From positions 101,724-165,723 of the forward strand of contig JBAZPO010000005.1 in the NCBI GenBank assembly GCA_041648175.1: DNA of 64,000 nucleotides, in the 5' to 3' direction. The notes under the pieces were generated by a model. The model saw only the letters and a program-made list of their open reading frames with translations, made no database searches and was not told the origin of the DNA. Position numbers and translations under genes: made by a program. Source of the stretch: Desulfobaccales bacterium. GTDB lineage: Bacteria; Desulfobacterota; Desulfobaccia; Desulfobaccales; 0-14-0-80-60-11. Shown piece after piece: positions 27,772 through 35,680 of the stretch (its first letter is position 1; the number at the start of each line of letters is the position of its first letter).

Positions 27772-27926
27772 GACTTTTCTCCTTTGTCGGTCTTCTGCTG
27801 CCTACTCCCGCAGGTGTGGGCGTCACACCCCGGACAGAATCCTCGCTTTTTCCAGATGGAGCGATACAGTAGATAAATGGCCCCGACTATGATGGCTCCG
27901 GCCCAGAACAGATCATACCAGCTCAT
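27765..27926 (-). CDS. FeoB-associated Cys-rich small membrane protein
   Basis: MSWYDLFWAGAIIVGAIYLLYRSIWKKRGFCPGCDAHTCGS: one TM helix followed by CxxC. GGGAGG SD. ATG lies 1 nt after the feoB stop. The track ORF start at 28043 is an overlap artefact. Confidence 0.65.
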   Translation of the reverse strand: MSWYDLFWAGAIIVGAIYLLYRSIWKKRGFCPGCDAHTCGSRQQKTDKGEKSW

Positions 27927-27927
27927 A

Positions 27928-30132
27928 TCAACCTCCCAATCCCAGGAGCCTGCCGCCCTGATAGATGACCAGGGCCACTCCCCAGGCCAGGACCATCTGG
28001 TAAGCAAAGGCGACCCCGAACCATTTCCAGGTGCCGAACTCATCGCGAAAGGCTACCGCCACTATCATACAGGGCATGTACAGCAGCACAAAGGCCATGA
28101 AGGCATACGCGCTCAAAGGCGTAAAGGCTCCTTGAATAACTTTCTTTAAGGGTTTGGTTTCTTCTTTCTCTTCGGCAGAGAGCTTGGCCACGCCGAAGGA
28201 AGAAATGACATTTTCCCCCGCCTGCTTGGTGGCCGAAAGGAAGGAGACCCCGATTTCTTGCAGATCTTCCAGGAAGGTGGGAGGCTTCTCGTCTTCAGCC
28301 TTTTTCTCCTTGGGAAGGTAAATTTCCCCCATGGTCCCCACCACGATCTCCTTGGCGATGACGCCGGTGACGAGGGAGGAGGCCGCCTCCCAATTACCGA
28401 ATCCCAAGGGTTTAAACACCGGGGCGATGACGGTCCCGGCTTGGCCCAGGTAAGAGTCTTTCTTTTGTTCCACCCCCCAGGGCAGGTTCAGGAGGAACCA
28501 CACCAGGACGGACACGGCCAGGATATAGGTGCCGGCCTTGATGAGAAAGTGTTTGCCCTTCTCCCAGGTGTGGATCATCAGGCTCTTTAGGGTGGGCATG
28601 CGGTAGGGCGGCAGCTCCATGATGAAGAGAGGATTTTCTCCCTTGAACAGAGTCTTTTTGAACAGGATGCCCACCAACACCGCCATGACAATGCCCATGA
28701 CATATAGGGACCAGATGGCCGTGCCGGCCCGGCCGGGAAAGAAGGCCCCGGCGAACAGCACGTAAACCGGCAAGCGGGCGCCGCAAGACATCAAGGGGAT
28801 AAGCAGGGCGGTCAAAATCTTGTCCCGGGGATTTTCCAGGGTGCGGGTGGCGTAGACCGCGGGCACGTTGCAGCCGAACCCCAGGAGCAAGGGAATAAAG
28901 GACTTGCCGTGCAGACCCATGGAGTGCATGGCCCGGTCCATGACAAACGCGGCCCTGGCCATATAGCCGCTGCCTTCCAGGAAAGTAATAAAAAACATCA
29001 TCGCAAAGATTACGGGAATAAAGACGATGACAAAGCCGACGCCGGCCAACACGCCTTCGGTGGCCAGAGACACCGTCCAGTCCGGGGCCGCTACCAGGCC
29101 CAGCAGGGCTTCCGCCCAGCGCTTCAAAGGGCCGGTCACTAGGCCGTTCATCCAGTCGGCGTAAGGGTTCGACACATCGAAGGTGAGTTTGAACATCACC
29201 CACATGGCGGCCAGGAAGATCGGGATACCCAGGAAGCGGTGAAGCACGATCCGGTCGATCTTCTCCGTCAACTCCCGTTTCGTCGTGGTCTTCTTTTTCA
29301 GGACCTCCCTGGTAAGCCCGGAAGCCTGGGCATAGCGGGCGTCGCCCAGCAAGCTCTCAATATCATCCCCATGGGCCTCCTTCAGGTGCTTGGCGGCCCG
29401 GGAAATGAAGCTGCCTGTTCCCAGACCAGTTTCCTCCACTATTCGTGGGTCCGACTCCAGGAGTTTCAGGGCCAGCCACCGGGCGGGGTATCTTTCCACC
29501 AGGGCCGGGGAGTGCAGGCGGATTTCTTTGTCCACCTCAACGACCGCAGCTTCCAGGTCCTGGCCGTAGTTGAGGGGGCGAGGCGCATGAGCTTCGGGGT
29601 TGTCCCCCACCTCCAGCACCGCCTCCATGAGGGCCGTTAACCCTTCCTTCTTGGTGGCCACGGTGGGTATTACCTTGATCCCCAAGGTCTCTTCTATGAG
29701 AGCGGGATTGATTTCCCAGCCCTTGTTCCGGGCTTCGTCATAGATGTTCAGGGCCATGACCACCGGCAGGCCCAGCTCCAGCATTTGCACCGTCAGGTAA
29801 AGGTTGCGCTCCAGATTGGTGGCGTCCACCACGTTCAGGATGACATCGGGGCGCGCCTCTACCAGGTAATCCCGGGCGATAACTTCCTCCTCGGAATAGG
29901 GGCTCAGGCTGTAGGTGCCGGGCAGATCCACCAGCCGGACGCGGCGGCCCTGGAACTCCAGGGTGGCCTCTTTTTTCTCCACGGTCACCCCGGGCCAGTT
30001 GCCCACCTGGAGCCGGGTGCCGGCCAGACCGTTGATGAGGGTGGATTTTCCGGAATTGGGGTTGCCCGCCACCGCGACGGTGAGGACTTTGGCGGGCTCG
30101 GGGTGCGCGAGCTTGACTGCGGCCTGGCTCAT
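27928..30132 (-). CDS. feoB: Ferrous iron transporter FeoB
   Basis: N-terminal G-domain VAVAGNPNSGKSTLINGLAG, DLPGTYSL and NIYD, followed by a ~470-aa polytopic membrane domain. Confidence 0.95.
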   Translation of the reverse strand: MSQAAVKLAHPEPAKVLTVAVAGNPNSGKSTLINGLAGTRLQVGNWPGVTVEKKEATLEFQGRRVRLVDLPGTYSLSPYSEEEVIARDYLVEARPDVILNVVDATNLERNLYLTVQMLELGLPVVMALNIYDEARNKGWEINPALIEETLGIKVIPTVATKKEGLTALMEAVLEVGDNPEAHAPRPLNYGQDLEAAVVEVDKEIRLHSPALVERYPARWLALKLLESDPRIVEETGLGTGSFISRAAKHLKEAHGDDIESLLGDARYAQASGLTREVLKKKTTTKRELTEKIDRIVLHRFLGIPIFLAAMWVMFKLTFDVSNPYADWMNGLVTGPLKRWAEALLGLVAAPDWTVSLATEGVLAGVGFVIVFIPVIFAMMFFITFLEGSGYMARAAFVMDRAMHSMGLHGKSFIPLLLGFGCNVPAVYATRTLENPRDKILTALLIPLMSCGARLPVYVLFAGAFFPGRAGTAIWSLYVMGIVMAVLVGILFKKTLFKGENPLFIMELPPYRMPTLKSLMIHTWEKGKHFLIKAGTYILAVSVLVWFLLNLPWGVEQKKDSYLGQAGTVIAPVFKPLGFGNWEAASSLVTGVIAKEIVVGTMGEIYLPKEKKAEDEKPPTFLEDLQEIGVSFLSATKQAGENVISSFGVAKLSAEEKEETKPLKKVIQGAFTPLSAYAFMAFVLLYMPCMIVAVAFRDEFGTWKWFGVAFAYQMVLAWGVALVIYQGGRLLGLGG

Positions 30133-30356
30133 AGCTGCACCTCCACCCCGATGCCCGCGGCCTCGCTTTTTCGCAAGGACAGGCGGTAGTTTTTCACGAT
30201 GATTTCAATGGGGTCTCCCAGGGGTGCGACTTTTTCCACCTTCACCTCCACGCCTTTGAGCACGCCCATATCCATCAAGCGACGCTTCATGGGACCGATG
30301 GCCCCGATAGTGGTGATTGTGCCCCGTTGACCGGGTCGTAACATTGCCAGATTCAT
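30129..30356 (-). CDS. feoA: FeoA family protein
   Basis: 75 aa. LRPGQRGTITTI...RRLMDMGVLKGVEVKVEKVAPLGDPIEI. Four-nt overlaps with both neighbours. Confidence 0.85.
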   Translation of the reverse strand: MNLAMLRPGQRGTITTIGAIGPMKRRLMDMGVLKGVEVKVEKVAPLGDPIEIIVKNYRLSLRKSEAAGIGVEVQL

Positions 30357-30601
30357 TCCCCTATCCTCCTGACGCTAACTTTCATGGCCACGCCCCGCCC
30401 TAAGGCGATGCGGGAGTCGTCCACCCGCACCAACAGGGAGCCGTGGCCGGAGTTGCTCAACATCTCCACGGTCTTGCCGCAGCGCAGGCCCATGTCTTCC
30501 AGGCGGCACATACATTTGCATCTCTGACAGCCATGGGAGCCGCCCCGAATTTCCATTACCCGGGCCCTTTCGCCCGACCCCAAAAGTCCTAACGGCATCA
30601 T
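30353..30601 (-). CDS. feoA: FeoA family protein with a Cys-rich insertion (GCQRCKCMC)
   Basis: FeoA SH3-like pattern (GERARVMEIRGG...RLEDMGLRCGKTVEML...LLVRVDDSRIALGRGVA), interrupted by a CxxCxCxC insert. Confidence 0.8.
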   Translation of the reverse strand: MMPLGLLGSGERARVMEIRGGSHGCQRCKCMCRLEDMGLRCGKTVEMLSNSGHGSLLVRVDDSRIALGRGVAMKVSVRRIGE

Positions 30602-30624
30602 TAATCTACCTCCAAATTATTGAG

Positions 30625-30643
30625 ATTGAGACTTTGTCTCAAT
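30625..30643. promoter_or_regulatory. Perfect 8-3-8 palindrome ATTGAGAC-TTT-GTCTCAAT, candidate Fur box in front of feoA
   Basis: Read directly. Lies in the 69-nt fur-feoA spacer, 24 nt upstream of the feoA ATG. A related site overlaps the fur promoter. Confidence 0.5.
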
Positions 30644-30670
30644 CATATGGCAAAAAAAAGGGGGCACACC

Positions 30671-31111
30671 TCACCGTTGCCGAGCCCGGCAGTCTACACA
30701 GTAACCGTAAATTTCCAACTTGTGCCCAGTAACCTCAAAATCATGGGCCTGCCCGAGGCGCTGTTCCGCCTCCTCCACGCTGCCATTCCGGAACTCGATG
30801 ACCTTGCGGCAGCCCAGACAGCGCAGGTGGCAGTGGTGCTCATGTCCGTAAATGTGTTCATAGTGCATGTGCCCATCCTCGACAAAGACTTCCTGCACCA
30901 GGCTGGACTCCACCAGTAAGGCCATGGTGCGGTACACCGAAGCCCGGGAAATTCGCAGGCCTTTCTGACGCAGGCGCATAATAAGCTCTTCCACATCAAA
31001 GTGGTCATGATTGGCAAAGACCTCCGCCAGGATCGCCTCTCGTTCCGGCGTGGCTCGCATGCCCCTTTGGGCCAAAAATTCTTGGAAGACTTCGCTCTCG
31101 GGCTTCATCAT
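30671..31111 (-). CDS. fur: Fur-family metalloregulator
   Basis: Winged helix (RISRASVYRTMALLVESSLV). Metal sites HMHYEHIYGHEHHCHLRCLGC and CxxC (YCVDC). Start set to ATGATG at 31111, because the track start 31150 is the TTG of a TTGACA -35 hexamer. Confidence 0.85.
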   Translation of the reverse strand: MMKPESEVFQEFLAQRGMRATPEREAILAEVFANHDHFDVEELIMRLRQKGLRISRASVYRTMALLVESSLVQEVFVEDGHMHYEHIYGHEHHCHLRCLGCRKVIEFRNGSVEEAEQRLGQAHDFEVTGHKLEIYGYCVDCRARQR

Positions 31112-31116
31112 CTGCA

Positions 31117-31150
31117 ATTGAGACTCTATCTCATTAGTAATTATTGTCAA
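31117..31150 (-). promoter_or_regulatory. Candidate sigma-70 promoter of fur (TTGACA-16 nt-TAGAGT) overlapped by a Fur-box-like palindrome AATGAGATAGAGTCTCAAT
   Basis: Minus strand reads ccTTGACAataattactaatgagaTAGAGTctcaattgcagATGATG. The palindrome at 31117..31135 shares the ATTGAGA/TCTCAAT half-sites with 30625..30643. Confidence 0.45.
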
Positions 31151-31419
31151 GGATTTTTTTTCGGTTTACTCGGTTTACCCTCAAAATGCAATACTGTATT
31201 TTATCTTCGGAATCACTTGAGGAGTTATTCAGATAAGAGAGAATTTTTGCTACAGAGAAATGGCTTGGAGAAAATTGCAGGCCGCTGCCCTATCCCAAAA
31301 TTTTTACGCAGGCCTAAACACTTGCTCTATCCGATATATATATGGGCGAGACCATTTTCAGCCTCGCCCCGCATGCCAGCCCTGAGCCGTTCCGGGTCTC
31401 GATCTGTCGCACCGCTTGC

Positions 31420-32202
31420 TTATTTCGCCACCGGCCAATCGGTAAACTGCGTCCAAAGCACAGCCCCGTATTCGGCGTCTTTTTTCGTACCATCCGTATG
31501 TTTGATGGCCTGTTTTTCCGTGGTCAGGGCGGAGAAGCCCCACCAGCCCGCCTTGGGCACCGCAAAGGTAAAGACGCCATTCTTATCGGTTTTCACCACC
31601 TGGGCGACGAAATAGTCATTGGGCGCGGTCACCTTCTTTCCGGCGTTCCAGTACTCCACTTCCACATCGGCGTTGGCTACGGTCTTACCTTTGAATTTCA
31701 GCACCCCCTGGAAGACATTGCCAGCATAGAGGGCGAAGGGTCTGGTTAACGGCACGATCTCGGCCTTTAAACCCACTTCCTCGTCCCAACCGTCTTCGGC
31801 CCCGAACGCGGCCACATAGGTCTTGGTCTGGTGAATGATATATTTGTTTTCCGCTGGCTCCCAGTAAGGCGTGGGATCGAAATAGAAAGCGTAAACCCCC
31901 GGCTTTTTCAAAGCGTAAGTGGTTTTCCAGGCCTGCTTATCCAGAACCTTGGTTTCCTGGAGGGTGCTTAGGAGATCGGTTTTTTCTTTCCCGGCCAGTA
32001 CGCCGAACTTCTTGGGTTTGGCCATGTCCATGCCGGTCTGTTCAAAGGGGTGGCAGAATGCCAGGGTCAACCCCAGGTTAGCGTCGTCGCCCTGCATCAC
32101 CATGGCTTTGTCCGGCAGGATCACGCCGAAATGCGCCTGGCAAACCCCGGCCAGGCCCAGTACGAGTATCAGGCAGAAAACTAACGTGAAGAAACGTTTC
32201 AT
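31420..32202 (-). CDS. DUF4198-like periplasmic protein (NikK-like nickel/cobalt uptake component by pattern)
   Basis: Signal peptide MKRFFTLVFCLILVLGLAGVCQA followed by HFGVILP. Beta-rich, with a transthyretin-like segment VLKFKGKTVANADVEVEYWN. GGAGGGAAG SD before ATG 32202. The track extension to 32328 overlaps the upstream gene. Confidence 0.75.
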   Translation of the reverse strand: MKRFFTLVFCLILVLGLAGVCQAHFGVILPDKAMVMQGDDANLGLTLAFCHPFEQTGMDMAKPKKFGVLAGKEKTDLLSTLQETKVLDKQAWKTTYALKKPGVYAFYFDPTPYWEPAENKYIIHQTKTYVAAFGAEDGWDEEVGLKAEIVPLTRPFALYAGNVFQGVLKFKGKTVANADVEVEYWNAGKKVTAPNDYFVAQVVKTDKNGVFTFAVPKAGWWGFSALTTEKQAIKHTDGTKKDAEYGAVLWTQFTDWPVAK

Positions 32203-32260
32203 AACTTCCCTCCGTTCCAGGTTGATTAATAGGCACGGCCTGCGGGGCATTTTGGGGGGA

Positions 32261-32734
32261 CTAATTCCCCATCTTCCGCCAGGCCTCCCAGTTGGGGCGG
32301 CCCTGGGAATCCCGCAAGTGCAGAACATAATCCGCTTTGGTGAGTTCGTAAGCGATCACCTTGAGCTTCCCGTCTTTTTCCTGTTCGCACATCCCCTTGA
32401 CCCGCACTTCGTCTCCGGGGGTGAGCACAAACTCCTGGCGCTCCAAATACCAGATCGGGCCCAAACTCACCTGCACCTGGCCCCGGGTCTTGGTGTCCAT
32501 GATTATGGCCATGCCCGGGTACATACCCTCTCCTAAACTCTCAGTGAGCACCTGCACCACCTTGCCGCTTTCGTCAAAGGGTTTGCAAACAGCCTTTACC
32601 GGACAGAGATAGGCCGTGTACGGACAAGGCCGGAAGCCCTGGCCGCGGCCCTGGCTCCACGCCAGGGGAGGCAACGCCCCAACCAAGAGCGCCATGACCA
32701 ACAGAGCCGTTAAAACAGATTGCCACCGTTTCAT
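32261..32734 (-). CDS. Small secreted protein, copy B (paralog of 24034..24495)
   Basis: Mature regions almost identical: QGRGQGFRPCPYTAYLCPVKAVCKPFDESGKVVQVLTESLGEGMYPGMAIIMDTKT. AAGGAGG SD. Confidence 0.75.
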   Translation of the reverse strand: MKRWQSVLTALLVMALLVGALPPLAWSQGRGQGFRPCPYTAYLCPVKAVCKPFDESGKVVQVLTESLGEGMYPGMAIIMDTKTRGQVQVSLGPIWYLERQEFVLTPGDEVRVKGMCEQEKDGKLKVIAYELTKADYVLHLRDSQGRPNWEAWRKMGN

Positions 32735-32758
32735 ATGATGGTCCTCCTTTAGTCTTTA

Positions 32759-33859
32759 TTAGAATGCATACACCATGGACAAGAGCGGCGTGAGCGCGGC
32801 ATCGGTGTTTTTGCCCGCCAGGTCGACATTCAACCCCAGGGCCAGGGAGAATTTATCCGTGGCCATGTACTCGATGCCCGGTGCGACCGAGATCAAGGCC
32901 TCCGGGGGCAGATTGCCCTTGTGGCCGAACAGACGCCCGCCGCTCCAATAACTGGTGAGTTCCAGGAGCGCCACCCATTTTTTGGTGATGGGATATTCCG
33001 CCGCCAGGTTCAGGGTGACAAAGTCCCGGGGAAAGTTGCGCAACTGGCTGGCCACGGGGTCGCCCTCCACCAGGTTGCCGTTTTCATCCAAAACCAGCCC
33101 GGCTCTATCTTCCCTGGAATCGTAAGCAGTTTGCATAGTATACCAGATGTTGGCGTAAAATATGAATGGTTTCACAAACTTGGACATATTTAAGCCGGTG
33201 GTGAAGGCGTAGGCCCCGCCTCCCAGTTGATCGGTTCCCAAGCGCCCGGGATTGAGGTGGCTGAAGTGGCCGCTGGGGAAATCGGTGGTAAAGAGCGCGG
33301 TCACCGTGGGCCTGGTCTCGGTCTCTTCCACCAGGCGGTATTTGAAGGTCAAGTTGATATCGCCGAGGCCGCCGAAATTGCCGGAGCGCTCTCCATTGGG
33401 CCCCGGCGCATCGACACTGCCGGCCCAGTTGTGGACATAGGGAACCACCGCAAACACCTCCAGGTTGTTCCACAGGCCGTAAGTGAATTTCCAATCCATG
33501 CTATAAGTCTTGAAATTGCCCCCTGCCGACACCCGCCGCCAGCTCTGGGTCAAGCTGTTGTTGACGAAGCTGAGCCCAAAGGTGGGCTGAATGGCGAACT
33601 TCCCTTTTTCAATGGGGATGGCGGTGTCAGTGATGATGGGGCCGAAGGTGGAGGGGCATTCATCCTCTTTGGCTTCCTCCTTTTTCCCTTCATCCTTGGC
33701 TGCTTCCTGGCCCTCCGGCTGGAAGCCTTCGCCGCGGCCGCCAGTCTCTTCGGAGGCGCCGGAGTCCGGCGCGGCCCATCCCGTCAAGGGCATGGCCAGT
33801 GCCATCACCAGCAGCGCGACCAGGCAGGGCCAAATCAGGGCCTGACTTGATGCTCTCAT
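32759..33859 (-). CDS. Outer-membrane beta-barrel protein, copy B (paralog of 24520..25593)
   Basis: Same architecture and the same C-terminal LLSMVYAF. AAGGAGG SD. AT-rich promoter-like region upstream (33860..34110). Confidence 0.8.
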   Translation of the reverse strand: MRASSQALIWPCLVALLVMALAMPLTGWAAPDSGASEETGGRGEGFQPEGQEAAKDEGKKEEAKEDECPSTFGPIITDTAIPIEKGKFAIQPTFGLSFVNNSLTQSWRRVSAGGNFKTYSMDWKFTYGLWNNLEVFAVVPYVHNWAGSVDAPGPNGERSGNFGGLGDINLTFKYRLVEETETRPTVTALFTTDFPSGHFSHLNPGRLGTDQLGGGAYAFTTGLNMSKFVKPFIFYANIWYTMQTAYDSREDRAGLVLDENGNLVEGDPVASQLRNFPRDFVTLNLAAEYPITKKWVALLELTSYWSGGRLFGHKGNLPPEALISVAPGIEYMATDKFSLALGLNVDLAGKNTDAALTPLLSMVYAF

Positions 33860-34110
33860 AAATGCCTCCTTAAATGAAACTTGGTTGCACTACATATATT
33901 AAATTAGATTCACTAATACAATAAAATTACAGATTGTTATATTTTTTATGAGTAATTATATAAGCAACTCAATTTAATTTAAGGATAAATTTTTTTGCTT
34001 AACGCGGTCGCACCCCTATGGCAGCTTCAGAATTTTGGGGGCCAGCCCTGCAAAACTATGCCGCGGGCACTGCGGTCAGAGGCCTGTACCAAGGACAACG
34101 CAAACTTCTC

Positions 34111-34782
34111 CTAACCCTTGTCCTCTTGGGGTTGACAGCAGTGTTCATGGACGTGGCAACAGTGCTTGACGGTGTGCTCCAAAAACCCATCTTCATGCGA
34201 CACAATCATGTAGGCGATGTCCAAATCATTAAGAATGTGAGCGAGGCGGTGCTTGGTTGTCTCATCCAAGCCCGAAGTGGGCTCATCCAGCAGAAGGAGC
34301 TGCGGTTGCATGGCCAGGACGGTGGCCAGGGAGACCAACTTCTTTTCACCCCCGGAGAGCTTATACGTCACCCGGTCTTCGAAGCCGTACAGACCCAACC
34401 CCGCCATGGTCTCCCGCGCGATCTCGATGGCCTCGGCCGGCGACTTTCCCTGGTTCAAGGGACCGAAAGCCACGTCTTCCATAACGGTGGGACAGAAGAG
34501 CTGGTCGTCGGCATGTTGAAACAGGAGACCCACCTTTTGCCGGACCTGCACAAAATCCTTGGCTTTCGTAACCTCCTGTCCCAGGATAATTATGCTCCCC
34601 ACCTGGGGGCGCAACAGCCCCATGATCAGGTGCAAGAGGGTGGTCTTGCCGCAGCCGTTGGGACCGATGAGGCCAATATGTTCGCCCGGGAGAAGCTGAT
34701 AATTAAAGTCCTGAAAAACCGGCCGGGAGGCCCCGGGGTACTTAAAGGTGATGTTCCGCAACTCAATCAATGGTTCACTCAT
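34111..34782 (-). CDS. cbiO: ECF/CbiO-type ABC transporter ATPase
   Basis: Walker A GPNGCGKTT, signature LSGGEKKLVSLA, Walker B LLLLDEPTSGLD. ATG 34782 forms an ATGA overlap with the cbiQ stop. The track start 34869 is an upstream extension. Confidence 0.9.
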   Translation of the reverse strand: MSEPLIELRNITFKYPGASRPVFQDFNYQLLPGEHIGLIGPNGCGKTTLLHLIMGLLRPQVGSIIILGQEVTKAKDFVQVRQKVGLLFQHADDQLFCPTVMEDVAFGPLNQGKSPAEAIEIARETMAGLGLYGFEDRVTYKLSGGEKKLVSLATVLAMQPQLLLLDEPTSGLDETTKHRLAHILNDLDIAYMIVSHEDGFLEHTVKHCCHVHEHCCQPQEDKG

Positions 34783-35561
34783 GGTAGCCTCATAGCAAGA
34801 TGGGGCGCCGCCAACTCCAAAGAGAGCAACACGGCCAGCGCCAGTATTGATACCGCCACAAATATCCAATCGCGACTTTGCCAGGTAAAGGTCCGCAGGC
34901 TATAGAAGACTCCGTGAAAGCCGCGGCACAGCATGGCTTGAAAAACCCGGTCGGCCCGGTCATAGCTGCGCACCAGCAACATGGCCGCCAGATAGGCGTA
35001 GGAGCGATATGTGTGGAGATTGGTGCGGGGCTGAAATCCCCGGATCTTCATGGCTTGAACCAGCCGTTCAAATTCCTGCTCAAAGACATAGAGGTAACGG
35101 TAGGTAAACAGCAGTAAATGACATAACTTGCCGGGGATGCGCAAATTATGCATTGCCTGTCCTAACGTAACGACCGGCACGGTGGCGACCAGGGCAATCA
35201 GGCCGATGATGATGGCGTTGGACTTCAGGGTGATCAAACCGGTAAAGATCAGGCCCTGCCGGGTGGCGGCCAAAGGCCCGAGCCGCAGAACCACCTCGCC
35301 CGGATAGGTCAGGGGCAACACGACCCAGAGGAAGAAAATGAAGCTGTTTACCACCAGGAGCCGGACCAGCACTTGTTTTACCGGCAGACGCGCCAGCGCC
35401 AGCCAGATCAGGGCCAGTGCCAACCCGGCCAGGGCCACTGTATAGCTCTTGGCCACAGCCATAAGGACAGCAAAGAGGGCGGCCACCACGATTTTGCCCC
35501 GGGGGTCGAGGCGGTGGACCGGAGAGGCCCCTTCGGCAAAAGGTTCCTGGATGGCACTCAA
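34779..35561 (-). CDS. cbiQ: ECF transporter transmembrane T component (CbiQ/EcfT)
   Basis: SPVHRLDPRGKIVVAALFAV opening and a conserved arginine-containing coupling helix region (MKIRGF). TTG start. Confidence 0.85.
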   Translation of the reverse strand: MSAIQEPFAEGASPVHRLDPRGKIVVAALFAVLMAVAKSYTVALAGLALALIWLALARLPVKQVLVRLLVVNSFIFFLWVVLPLTYPGEVVLRLGPLAATRQGLIFTGLITLKSNAIIIGLIALVATVPVVTLGQAMHNLRIPGKLCHLLLFTYRYLYVFEQEFERLVQAMKIRGFQPRTNLHTYRSYAYLAAMLLVRSYDRADRVFQAMLCRGFHGVFYSLRTFTWQSRDWIFVAVSILALAVLLSLELAAPHLAMRLP

Positions 35562-35576
35562 GGATTTTTCTTCCCC

Positions 35577-35680
35577 CTGTTACGAAAAAGTTCAGAGTTC
35601 AAGGTTGAGTGGCGGGCGGGGACGCCCGCCCTACCGGATTTTTCATGGTTTTGAGAGAGCGGCAAGCTCATGAGCGACTG
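35577..35680 (+). repeat. Repeat family A, full copy 1
   Basis: ctgttacgaaaaagttcagagttcaaggttgagtggcgggcggggacgcccgccctaccggatttttcatggttttgagagagcggcaagctcatgagcgactg is colinear with 56211..56319. It fills the nikL-like/cbiQ spacer and overlaps the last codons and stop of the nikL-like gene. Confidence 0.85.

Noticed and set aside
31112-31150. A TTG-initiated 13-codon N-terminal extension of Fur (MTIITNEIESQLQ).
   Set aside because: The TTG is the start of a TTGACA hexamer, with a TAGAGT -10-like element 16 nt downstream and a Fur-box-like palindrome over it. Reading it as promoter is more parsimonious than reading it as coding.
32203-32328. The MFCTCGIPRAAPTG... extension of the DUF4198 ORF, and the similar 23775-24116 ORF, which at first looked like a conserved duplicated peptide.
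   Set aside because: The similarity arises because both read, out of frame, through the duplicated 3' end of the small secreted-protein genes. The DUF4198 gene has a proper SD and signal peptide at ATG 32202.
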